This document shows, in pieces, positions 1 to 11,310 of a DNA stretch of 64,000 nt. The stretch covers positions 1 to 64,000 of the forward strand of contig NIVC01000405.1 in assembly GCA_002269645.1 (NCBI GenBank), given 5' to 3'. Within the stretch, counting starts at the first letter, position 1; each line of letters opens with the position of its first letter. Made by a program: the position numbers and the translations under genes. The notes beneath the pieces are model-generated. The model was not told where the DNA came from. It saw nothing but the letters and a program-made list of their open reading frames with translations, and made no database searches. This DNA is from Macrostomum lignano (taxonomy: Eukaryota).

Positions 1-2272
1 TACGCGGAGGCTGGCACAGCTCGACCACGTGCTTGTGCGCTTTCGTGAGCGCCGCCGCGTCACAACTGCCACACATTACGCCGCTGGCTCTGCGGTCCGA
101 CCATCGGCTGCTCATCTGCGACCTTCGGCTTCGGGACCCGCTCTACCGTCCGCCAAAGCGGCCACCGCGGCGCTACTACGCGCGCTCAGGGACGCCGACG
201 GTCGCTTTGCCGGTGCCTTTGTCACTGCGCTGGGCGACAAGCGTGGAGGAGCCGAGTACGCGGAGGTGAGCGCTGCAGTTCGAGCCGCTGCGGAGCAAGC
301 AGTCCCGCTGATGCGACCGGCCCAGCGCGGGCAGCCGGTCTGGCAGGACGACCCCGCGATCGACGAAGCGAGGGAAGATCTGGAGAGGCTCCGACTGAGT
401 GGGCGGCCAACTCGCGAGGCGGAGGAGGCTCTGGCGGCTGTCTACCTGCAGCGGCAGCAGTCGCGTGTCGATGACGCCATCCAAGCCGTCTCTGCCGCAG
501 GGCCCGATGCCAGAGGGCGCGTGGCCTGGTCCGCCATCAACACTCTGACGGGGCGAAAGCGGCGCATCGCGCTCAACCTGGCAGGCGACACTCGCGGATG
601 AGCGCAGGAACGAGCTGCGCGAGTTCTTCGCCGCCATTGTCAACGCGCCGCCCCCTCCGCTTCCAGAAAATCTGAGGCTGCCGCCGGAGACGCCGTTGCC
701 GGCGGAGGAGAGCTTCAATGTTGCCCCAGTCAGCACAGCCGACGTTGTGAAGTTCGCTCGCAGTCGCCAGGCGGCAAAGCGCTTGGTCCGGACGAGGTGC
801 CACCGAGGCGCTGCGGATCCACTGCGTGCCACTGAGGTCGCCAGAGTGATGAACGCGTGCTTTTCGGTGAGGTGGCGCCAAACGAATGGACCACGGCGCA
901 CATCGTCGCCATTCCAAAGAAGCCGGGCACCACCAAGCTCGAGGAGCATCGAGGCATCTGCCTACAGTCCTGCGCCGCGAAGCTGTTCAACCGCATGCTG
1001 CTATCGCGGTTACAGCCTGTGCTGGACCCGTACCTGCGACCTGAGCAGAACGGATTCCGGCCCCATCGCGGCACAGTGACGCAGATCCTGGCTCTTCGAC
1101 GAGTCATCGAGGAGGCGCGCATCCGCCAGTTGACCCTGATCCTGATCTTCGTCGATTTCAGGAAGGCTTTCGACTCGGTCGTGAGGGACGCGCTCCCAGA
1201 GGTGCTCCGTGCGTACAACGTGCCAGAGCTGCTGATTTCTGCTGTCATGGCGCTGTACCACGGCACGACGGCTGCTGTCTCAACACCGGACGGCCTATCG
1301 GATTTCTTCGAGACATCCTCCGGGGTGCTCCAGGGAGATACGCTAGCGCCGTTCCTATTTATTCTGGTGCTTGACTGGGTGCTACGGACTGCTCTGCCTT
1401 CCAACGACGACGGCTTCCTGCTGCGGCGACGCGTGGTCGACGCCAACCGGAGAGACGGCTCAGCGTGCTTGGCTACGCCGATGACCTCGCCCTGCTGTCC
1501 TCGACGCGTCGAGGGCGCCCAACGACAGCTGGATAGGCTGGTTGCCGTTGCGGCGAGCGTCGGCCTGGTGGTCAACACGCAGAAGACCGTCGTGCTATGC
1601 GTGCCGGACGACACCGAGGCTGCAATCTTCTGCCGAGGCGCTGACGGACAGGCGAGTGAGCTTCCAAGATGTCAGCAGTTCGTCTACCTCGGCGGTCTGG
1701 TTCCCGACGTCCGCGAGGATCTGCGGCGTCGCCGAGGACTTGCTTGGGCTGCCTTTCGTTCTATAAGGTCAGTCCTGCAGTCCGAGGCCCTACCGGACCG
1801 CCAGAGGGCGGCGCTGTTCCAGGCGGTGATCGAGACCGTCCTGTTATACAACGCCGAGACCTGGACGCTGACAGACTCGCTCGAGGCTCAAGTCGACGCG
1901 GCGCACGCTGGCCTGCTGCGCGCCGCCTTCAAGATCGGCAACGAGCGAGTCACCAACACGGCGCTCTATCATCGCGCCGGCCTGGCCCGTCCTAGCGATC
2001 TGCTGCGCCGTCGGCGACTCCAGCTGGCAGGCCACGTCATCCGCGCCGAGGCCTACTGTCCGGAGCCGGTGCAGGAGGTGCTGCTACTTACGTTGCAGGC
2101 ACCCTACGGCGGGGACAGGCGAAGACTCGGCGCTACGTCGACTGTCTGCTGGCTGACGCCGGCGCCCCGGACTCTGCGGCGGTGCGGCTTTTGTTCGCGC
2201 CCAAGCTTTGAAGCGCGCCATCTGACGCTGCTTTTGTGAACTGGCAGCGTACTCTGTTGTTGTTGTTGTTGT
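1..2272 (+). mobile_element. RTE-like non-LTR retrotransposon: reverse transcriptase region and 3' end (5' part outside window), several single-base frameshifts
   Basis: ORF 857-2239 has non-LTR RT motifs: AHIVAIPKK, YRGI-like HRGICLQSCAAKLFNRML, QNGFRPHRG, FVDFRKAFDSV, GVLQGDTLAPFLF, YLG. YADD (tacgccgatgac, 1474-1485) lies in another frame between two compensating indels. Probable true stop is TGA 2223-2225, followed by a short 3'UTR and a (TGT)6 tail at 2255-2272. Clade assignment is by recall. Confidence 0.9.
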
Positions 2273-3599
2273 AAGTGATGTCTATTTATTTTAAGTGCGC
2301 GCTTTAAAGTACGTTCACATTTACATGTAGATATACTATGATGCGTTCCTGTGCGTACTGAATACTCAACAAGTTACTACATATATATTCTTTTTATTCT
2401 CTATTTACATGTACATTCGTAAAATGTATCTGATTGTAAAGGGTAAACTCTTGTGTAATTAGTTGTTTTTTCTAATTATTTTCAGTGTTAAAAGTCTTAA
2501 TTAGTATTATTATTACACTTTTACACAGCACAAAATATATATTCCACCAGCCCTAACCGCTGTGTGACGTTGTCATTTTGGGGTGTGTCCTCAAAAGGGC
2601 CGTTGGATTGCAGTTTCTCTGCAGTTTCTCATTTTAAATTTTCCAATCGTTTATTCTAACGTTTACTTGTAGTAGCGCGCAACGAATCTGTGTCAATCGC
2701 TAATTCACCACGTACTTTGCTATCCTTTCGCGCGACCGTAGAAAACTTGCACGATCGATAATTTCAAGTTCCCCCGCCAGCCAATGATAACTCTCCGTGT
2801 TTTATGCTAACCCTTTGCGCTCCTTTATTAGCCTCCGCCTGGCGGCGGGCTGGGGGGTTTTTCACCTTCTTGCCATCGCGTCCCTTCTGTCTTCGCGGCC
2901 CCCCTGTCTAGACTGTCTGGCTGCCTCAAGCCTCCTTATCTCTCGCCACGGCCCCTCTGTTTGGGCCAGCCTGTTTACACTGTTACTTCACTGTGTGCCA
3001 CCACGGCTAACGCCAATCTCGCCACTACTCATCTGCCTGTCTACTTGCTACTCACCGCCTTCACTGTGCTCAACGCCATTACTCACCGCGTTGCGTCGCC
3101 ATTGTATCCTTCGTCTGCCACTGACTTCATATTCTATTGCCTTCAAAACCATTGTTGCAGCCGCCAGTGCCCATAACGCTATAAGTTTTATATTGTCAGT
3201 AACCAGTCCTAATATTGATCTCAACAATAAATCAACTACGGCAGTTTCCTGCCTTTATCGCCAAGTGCTCCGCTACACAACCCGCTTTACAAGAATTGAC
3301 TTCGATTCATTTTGGGACTACGACTTACGGCAACTCTCGTCAAAACGGCCCTTTTAAGGGTCCTAGCGATAGCCATAGCCACTACATCAACAACGTGACA
3401 GCTGTACAAATCGTATGTACGTGCGTGTATTGAAATGAAGGAAGTCCTAGGCGTCCAAAAGAAAGGATTCAAATACTACTCATGTACATTCTTTAAACCG
3501 TAAGTTAAGTTCTTAACACTTAAAGTCGCGTATACAACATTCTTGTTGGCCGATCGCTTGGCCAAGACTGGCTCGGCCGGATTTTTTACTGGTTGCCCT

Positions 3600-4200
3600 A
3601 CGGCCGGTGAATTCAGAGCACCGGAGATCAGGTGGGCTAACGCCCCGACTGCCGGCAATCCTGTCCTCTGTCCCCTGCCCTCCCCCCGCCCTTCGCAGGG
3701 CCTTGCTTGGTCTCAACCATAGGGACATCAAGAGCGGTGACCGGCCCATGGCCCGCCTCTCGGGTCATGGCTGTTTTGCCCGGCATCGCCACCTCTAGGG
3801 AAAAATGTGTAGCGAGGAATGCCCATTCTGCCTCTCCGGTGTCGAGAATGCGAAGCACTTCGTCTGTGAATGCCCGGCTTTACTCAGGACTGGCTCACCT
3901 ACCTCGGCCCAAAACCAGACCTCTCCGACGTTAAAAATTTCAGACTAGAGAATCTCTCTGCCTATGGCTGCATGCAGCTCGTCTGATCCCAAAGCTTACA
4001 GAGGGCGAGCGACCATGCATCCGTGCATTCTCCTGCACTGGAACTCTCTAGGACGATCGCGGCACGTCACCGGCACCACCGGATTGGCATCTCCCTGCGC
4101 GACACCGCAGCACTATGCGGTATTAATTATGGGGGGGGGCAACAACGCGCGCCTCCAATCGCTGCATCCTGCTCGGAACCTCCTGTATGTAATTAATTAA
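3600..4200 (+). mobile_element. 5'-truncated, degenerate non-LTR retrotransposon 3' end (CCHC zinc-knuckle region, I/R1/LOA-like)
   Basis: Translation across a stop and shifts gives RWANAP.CRQS...LLGLNHRDI...RLSGHGCFARHRHL*GKMCSEECPFCLSGVENAKHFVCECPA. This is the GH..H / C-x2-C-x8-H-x4-C C-terminal signature of LINE ORF2. A GC-rich 3'UTR ends in an AT-rich tail at ~4190-4200. Confidence 0.75.
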
Positions 4201-4475
4201 GTCAATTGTCAATGTAAGTCAACAATTCTTGATAAAAAAGGGGGCTTCAAAGGTACATTCTACATCTATGTCGTACATAAATTATCTGTGCATCCGTACG
4301 TGTAAAATCAGCAGAGATGGACAATGATTAAACTTAAACGCAAATAAATACTTATTATTTTTTTTGAACCCTTAAAATTTCGGACCAAGCAGATTCGACT
4401 GGAACTGAACCATAAGAAAGAATAGTATCAGTCCTAAAGCTGCTAAGTAGTATTTTTATTGGATATGCTATTGAA

Positions 4476-4505
4476 TAGTAGTAGTAGTAGTAGTAGTAGT
4501 AGCAG
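4476..4505. repeat. (TAG)n microsatellite
   Basis: Run tagtagtagtag... read directly. Confidence 0.9.
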
Positions 4506-5445
4506 TAAGTTTGGCTCAGGCAAGAAGCCTGTTTGGCCAATATATTTCTGTGTATTTAAGATTACTTCAGGAACAGAAGGCAATATTTTAGCATTAGTTA
4601 TTTACATGTAATTACGATTGTACGAGTTTTGTAATATGGTATTTGAAAGAACGCGTAAATGTTGTTGACGAAATTTTGGACGACTAACGAAGTAAAAGAA
4701 AAAGCAAGGAGTTAAACAAGTATTGCGTGAAATTATGTATGTAGTTGGCGATATTGCGCAAAACAGTTTAGCCCATAGGTTACAAAAATAAATTATATAG
4801 ATATTAATCAGGTGATAACAAAATTGTATAAAATATAATATTTGAAAGTGATGAGGACGCACTTTTTCCCAAATCCCGCGCTAGCACATGGGCTCTGAAC
4901 TTACTAGCCTACTAACAGTGGGCAATGGGCATTTTTATCCTTTTTCTGCGAATAGTCATAGAATCTATACTAGATATAATGTCTGGCCATACTAGTAGTC
5001 ATAATAACATAAGCGCAGCTTTTTGGGTCGTAAATCATCGCTTTCGAAGCTGGTCTGACAGCCACCTGCGCCTCACTCAGTGTTGAGGCGGGCGCCAGAT
5101 GGTCTGAGAGGATGCGGGCGGTAGCTTTTTTCTCATCATTTTGAAGGCCATCAAGATTTATGAGGTCAGAGTCTATTGTTCGTGCTCACTCAAGCGTGTG
5201 ACAGCTTTGACAGCTATGCGTTTTACCCCTAAAAGTACTTTGGGATTAGCGATTAGCGATTTCTCTTCAATATATCTTCACCTTCTATTTATTATTTTAT
5301 TGAGAGCTTTCTAATGTATATTTTTTCATTAATTTCTGTCAATCCTACGCGAAAAGTCATAAATCATTTTGTTGCGATTTTGAGTGATTTATGGCCGCAC
5401 CTGTCATCTTTTTACGACCCTGTGGGAACTGATAGGATCTCTCGG

Positions 5446-5577
5446 TCACGTGATTCTGGGTAGCAACAAGCTTAGCCAATCAGAAAATTCGGCGCTCATT
5501 TTAACAAAACGGCTCAGCCAATCAGAATCGATGTGTTCCATTATAACAAACTGCGGTCCAGTTGGCGGCTATTTAAA
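5446..5577 (+). promoter_or_regulatory. Pol II promoter-like module in left arm (mirrored at ~10195-10325 on - strand)
   Basis: E-box TCACGTGA 5446-5453, two AGCCAATCAG CCAAT boxes (5474-5483, 5516-5525) and TATTTAAA 5570-5577, in canonical order. Confidence 0.55.
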
Positions 5578-8155
5578 CCGGTGTTTTTGGCCCGCTCGGA
5601 CTCCAACTTGCTCGGGCCCAGCAAGCAACTTCTGGTTCCCGGAGCGCGACCGTCGTTTCTTGATCCCCGGATTGCGACTTCCCCCCATCATCATCAAGGA
5701 CGAATCCCCCGGTCGACAGCAGCGAACATCAAGCGAAGATCATCACCTGCTAGCTATCAGCGAAGATCGTGACAGCATCATCCCGAGTCTACAGCTACAG
5801 AGCATCAAGCCGATTCGGTCACTGTGGATTACCTGGTCTCCGGCTGTTGAGTTTCTGATTGGTTGGGTGAGAGGCTACCTAGACTTGCTTGATTGGTTGA
5901 TCCCCTATCTGTCCCCTGTTTCAGTAGCTGGATTAGGCGCACACTTTTGCTCATTTTGTTCAGTAGTGCTGTTATTGAGGCAGAAATCACTTAATAATAC
6001 TGCTAGTAGTCTGAAACTCCAATTCAATCTGAGGTGTGAAGAGATCTAAGGAGAAGGTTAAATCTAACAGTTATTTTTATCGGTTTTATTTCTTTGTTCG
6101 CCGATGGCTCAGATGAGTAGCTAAGCTAGTAGGCGCCGGTCACAGTGGACCAATGGCAAGGCAGTTCTTAGTCGATCAATCAAATCAGTGAGCAAAACTG
6201 CCAGAAGTGCAGAATCGGCGCCAGAGATGTACTTTGTGCACTCTAGGTTAGCCAAGCGGCTCGGGTAATGAATCATGCGGTCTCTGAAGTTTGAGTTAGT
6301 CTATCATCAGCGCTATGAGAGGCTAGTTGGCGCGTTGAAGGTCAAAAGTACATATCTTCGTATTTAGCAATGTAATAGTACATGTAGCTACCCCATAGGC
6401 TCGCCACTGCAAGAATCCCCTGCACAAGTCCCCTCTGTACCTGCATGGCCAATGCGATCTAGTCCCAGCAGTGTCCCTTATCATCGGCTATGACTTCGAG
6501 ATTGACAGCAAAAAGACACTAGTTGGCAGGTAGTGCAAAGCCCCTTCTAGTCGGAAGCCCGATTTCGAGAGTCCCGGTGTGGTGAGCCAGGGCGCACGGG
6601 CTGGTGGCAGCGAGTTAGCTTAGTCTGCGGATTAGCTAATTTCTACCTTTAAAATTCTCCCTGCTTGTCTCTCGCTGTCCCTTTCTTAGCTATAGGACCT
6701 AGACTGCTCGCCACACGATCAAGCTACCATGGGGCTGACCATCTGACAGGAGTGGGGGGCCAGGACTCTAATTGATTCATTTCTGAGACCTGAGGCCCGA
6801 AGGCTTCCTCACAAGGGGTCTGAAAGGTCCAAACCCATCAAAAGAGCTTATAAGATTTTTTGCGGTTTTTACGGACGAACTATATGAACAAACAACAGAA
6901 CGACAGGTAATTAAGAAGAGAGTTATAAAAACAGGTACCGTATGGCTTTGATGCCAAACAACGGTTCGTCCAAAATGCAATAGATATGCATGCATTAATC
7001 TGTTAATGAAAAATATCGAGTATAAGGATTGCTCATAATATTTGGCGATTATTGTATGCATGTAAATATGCATGTTAACTGTTTGAAGGCCTAAAAAGGG
7101 ACAAAAAACCAGTAACTTTTGACATCTAACGACTTATGGTCATTTAAATAGAAATTTTTTCTATAGAAATTGAAACTTTTCTGCAGAAATGCGCCAAGAA
7201 ACCGTACCAAGGACGTAAATCGTGATGGTGGGAATAAGAAGCGGACTTCTACTGCTATACATATAGTACTTTACTGCTATACGTGTATATAAGCATGTTA
7301 TATATTTCAGGTAAATAAATTTAACTGTACATTTACATGACATCGTAAATTTTAGCTACTCCGGAGAGCTCTTTTCTGACTCTTTTTTCATTTGTGGCAT
7401 ACCCTTTTTATGCATGTGTGTGGCATCTAGAAGGTATTGAGAAAAGTATTTTTCCTAATCTCTAGTGTTTGTGGGCACTCACTTAGGTAGTGAAGAATAT
7501 CGACGGCTCTGTTTCTTGCTCCACGGAGTCCACAAGCTTCCTGAGAGAATGCCTTGGGCGTGAGCTCAAATTTCAGTTTTAGAATGGTCGTTAGGTATTT
7601 TTTGTTTCTAAATAGACTTGGAAAGTAATTTGAGAGGACAGGTCTGTAGGTTTTTTTTGAATAAGGTAAGCGCTTTTGTAGTATTTAATATTGGTGCTGG
7701 TTGTCTAGCTTTCGGCTTAGTTCTCTTTCTCTATATACCTGGTATGTGCAGGTGCTTTTTCACTAGAAGTTTCTCATTGTTAAAGCTTAATCGGGGGGTT
7801 TATTTTTGAATAGTATAGTATAGATAGAATTAATAATGTAGTGATCCGCTAGTTAATGTTAGGCGTCCCACTTTGTCAGCAGTTTCCCTTGCCCTCGCCC
7901 TCGCCCTGGGTTGCTGTCTGCCGCTGGTCAGCTTCCCGCTTCCCTCCTCTTGGCTGTCTGTTGCTGCCCCCTCCCTTTCTTCTGCCCGTGTTGCCCTGCG
8001 TTTCTCAGCCCGCAACTTCTCTGTTGCGGGCTGTCCTTGTTTCGTCAGTCTCTGTCTCCCTGTCTTGTGAACTGGTCACATGACAGTTTCTGCGTTCTCT
8101 GAGTCTTAAAGTGCAGTAAACATGTTTACTGCACTTGCTGGCCCTGTTTACCGGA

Positions 8156-8403
8156 TGAGTCACATGCTTTCGGTACCCTCCCTTCTCTAAGGAGAGGAGT
8201 GACTCATGTTGCTAAAAATAGCAACTGAGTCACAGCCATGTGCACTCTGCCGGGGACCCTCAAGTGACGTCAGTTCTAAAAATAGAACAAGTCACGAGGT
8301 CTTCCGCGCGCTTGTACCCTGCCCGAGACTCTCGAGTGACGTCAGTTCTAAAAATAGAACAAGTCACGAGGTCTTGTGCGCGGGTGTTTTCCGGCTATAA
8401 ATA
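8156..8403 (+). promoter_or_regulatory. Enhancer/promoter cluster: 3x AP-1, 2x (CRE + MEF2) 41-bp direct repeat, TATA
   Basis: TGAGTCA 8156-8162, TGACTCA 8200-8206, TGAGTCA 8226-8232. A 41-bp direct repeat (8263-8303, 8335-8375) carries TGACGTCA and CTAAAAATAG in each copy. TATAAATA at 8396-8403. Confidence 0.6.
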
Positions 8404-10913
8404 GGACCCCTCTCCCCCTTGTTTCCGTCAAGGAGTTTCTGCTTAGTGTCAGTTCTTGATTCCCGAGTTCTAAGACCTGTGTGCGTTAGCGTCTGACTGA
8501 GCGCCCGACTGCGTTTATTGAATATGTTCTTATTGGTCCGACTGAGACCCTACTAAAGCACACCCCAAGCCTGCGAGAGGCTAACTCAGCCCTCCCTGTA
8601 CCATCCAAGCCCGGCAGGTGCTGCTGACGAGACGCCTTGTACGTTGAACTGCAAATCTGCACCTGGTGCTGAGTTCGTTGACTTCATTATTTCGTTCCGA
8701 CGGGAAGCTCACCTCACCGAAGGCTGAGACCTGAAGGAACTGGTGGCAGCACTACCTACGCTACTGAGAGAGCTAAGAGAACTTCCCACTGAAGAGGCTC
8801 GAGACTTAAGGTAATCCGCAAGGGCCTAATCCGGGAAGCAACCAGCGAGTACTTCAATAATATCAATTTATTTTCACTTACATATATTAGTCATATTTCT
8901 CCTTTATGAGGGGTTTCGACCTTTCAGGCCCCTTGTGAGGAAGCCTTCGGGCCTCAGGTCTCAGAAATGAATCAATTAGAGTCCTGGCCCCCCACTCCTG
9001 TCAGATGGTCAGCCCCATGGTAGCTTGATCGTGTGGCGAGCAGTCTAGGTCCTATAGCTAAGAAAGGGACAGCGAGAGACAAGCAGGGAGAATTTTAAAG
9101 GTAGAAATTAGCTAATCCGCAGACTAAGCTAACTCGCTGCCACCAGCCCGTGCGCCCTGGCTCACCACACCGGGACTCTCGAAATCGGGCTTCCGACTAG
9201 AAGGGGCTTTGCACTACCTGCCAACTAGTGTCTTTTTGCTGTCAATCTCGAAGTCATAGCCGATGATAAGGGACACTGCTGGGACTAGATCGCATTGGCC
9301 ATGCAGGTACAGAGGGGACTTGTGCAGGGGATTCTTGCAGTGGCGAGCCTATGGGGTAGCTACATGTACTATTACATTGCTAAATACGAAGATATGTACC
9401 TTTGACCTTCAACGCGCCAACTAGCCTCTCATAGCGCTGATGATAGACTAACTCGAACTTCAGAGACCGTATGATTCATTACCCGAGCCGCTTGGCTAAC
9501 CTAGAGTGCACAAAGTACATCTCTGGCGCCGATTCTGCACTTCTGGCAGTTTTGCTCACTGATTTGATTGATTGATCGACTGAGAACTGCCTTGCCATTG
9601 GTCCACTGTGACCGGCGCCTACTAGCTTAGCTACTCATCTGAGCCATCGGCGAACAAAGAAATAAAACCGATAAAAATAACTGTTAGATTTAACCTTCTC
9701 CTTATATCTCTTCACACCTCAGATTGAATTGGAGTTTCAGACTACTAGCAGTATTATTAAGTGATTTCTGCCTCAATAACAGCACTACTGAACAAAATGA
9801 GCAAAAGTGTGCGCCTAATCCAGCTACTGAAACAGGGGACAGATAGGGGATCAACCAATCAAGCAAGTCTAGGTAGCCTCTCACTTAACCAATCAGAAAC
9901 TCAACAGCCGGAGACCAGGTAATCCACAGTGACCGAATCGGCTTGATGCTCTGTAGCTGTAGACTCGGGATGATGCTGTCACGATCTTCGCTGATAGCTA
10001 GCAGGTGATGATCTTCGCTTGATGTTCGCTGCTGTCGACCGGGGGATTCGTCCTTGATGATGATGGGGGGAAGTCGCAATCCGGGGATCAAGAAACGACG
10101 GTCGCGCTCCGGGATGTCTCAAGCTAGGCTAAAGCCCCAGGAGGTTGGCGCAAGTCTTAGCCAGGATGAGGTCCGAGTGGGCCAAAAACTCCGGTTTAAA
10201 TAGCCGCCAACTGGACCGCAGTTTGTTATAATGGAACACGTCGATTCTGATTGGCTGAGCCGTTTTGTTAAAATGAGCGCCGAATTTTCTGATTGGCTAA
10301 GCTTGTTGCTACCCAGAATCACGTGACCGAGAGATCCTATCAGTTCCCACGGGGTCGTAAAAAGATGACAGGTGCGGCCATAAATCACTCAAAATCGCAA
10401 CAAAATGATTTATGACTTTTCGCGTAGGATTGACAGAAATTAATGAAAAAATATACATTAGAAAGCTCTTATTAAATAGAAAGTGAAGATAATGAAGCGA
10501 AATTGCTAATCACTAATCCCAAAGTACTTTTAGGGGTAAAACGCATAGCTCTCAAAGCTGTAACACGCTTGAGTGAATCCGAACAATAGGCTCTGACCTC
10601 ATAAATCTTGATGGCCTGTCAAAATGATAAGAAAAAAGCTACCGCCCGCATCCTCTCAGACCATCTGGCGCCCGTCTCAACACTGAGTGAGGCGCAGGTG
10701 GCTGTCAGACCAGCTTCGAAAGCGATGATTTACGACCCAAAAAGCTGCGCCTATGTTATTATGACTACTAGTATGGCCAGACATTATATCTAGTATAGAT
10801 TCTGACTATTCGCAGAAAAAGGATAAAAATACCCCTTGCCCACTGTTAGTAGGCTAGTAAGTTCAAAGCCCATGTGCTAGCGTGGGATTTGGGAAAAAGT
10901 GCGTCCTCATCAC

Positions 10914-11310
10914 ATCTCTTGTCTCTTGTCTCTTCTATCAACTCTCACATCTCTTCTCTATTCTCCCTCCCCTCTATTTTCTCTTCTTTACTCTCTCATC
11001 TCTACTGTCGTCTTTCTGCTCTCTCTCATCTCTCTTTTCCTTTATCTACTCTCTCCTCTCGATCTCCTCTTTTCTCTCTCCCCTCTATTCTCTCACCTCA
11101 TCGCGTTTCTCTCTCCCCTGTTCTCTCCTCTATCCTCACTCCACTAATTCTCTCTCCCTTTGTCTCTCGTCTCTCTCGTCTCTTCTTTCTTATTCTCTCA
11201 CTTCTCTTTCACCTCTCCTCTCACTCTTTTATATCTTTTCTCTCATCCCCTATCTCGCCATTCCTTCCTTTTCTAATCGTCTATAATTTCTTTCCTTTCC
11301 ACTCTGTCTC
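10914..11310. repeat. CT-rich polypyrimidine low-complexity tract
   Basis: Almost pure C/T on the + strand; it generates spurious Leu/Ser ORFs. Confidence 0.9.

Larger units (their letters stand above)
4848..10913. mobile_element. 6.07-kb palindromic element: ~2-kb inverted arms (4848-~6840 and ~8905-10913) around a ~2-kb unique spacer; unclassified
   Basis: Left end gtgatgaggacgcactttttcccaaatccc is the reverse complement of right end gggatttgggaaaaagtgcgtcctcatcac. Homology continues to the inner ends (ggtctgaaaggtccaaaccc vs gggtttcgacctttcaggcc). Identity is visually >90%. No TSD or recognisable enzyme ORF. The repeat structure is certain; mobility is inferred. Confidence 0.85.

Noticed and set aside
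2797-3357. 186-aa ORF
   Set aside because: GTG start, no motif, no convincing splice sites, and competing frames are equally plausible.
5384-6049. 221-aa ORF in the left arm (partly mirrored in the right arm)
   Set aside because: GTG start, overlaps promoter motifs, broken in the other arm, and has no recognisable domain.
6602-6612. tRNA-Leu PBS-like TGGTGGCAGCG (also 8741-8750)
   Set aside because: Only 10-11 nt, not directly after a TG...CA LTR end, and no gag/pol follows.
8624-8680. Hammerhead-like core CTGACGA-stem-GAAC
   Set aside because: GAAC replaces the required GAAA, there is no UH cleavage triplet, and stem I does not abut the core.
8905-8960. Hammerhead-like stem II + GAAAC on the - strand at the arm's inner end
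   Set aside because: CACAAGG stands where CUGANGA is required, and the left-arm copy has CAAAC.
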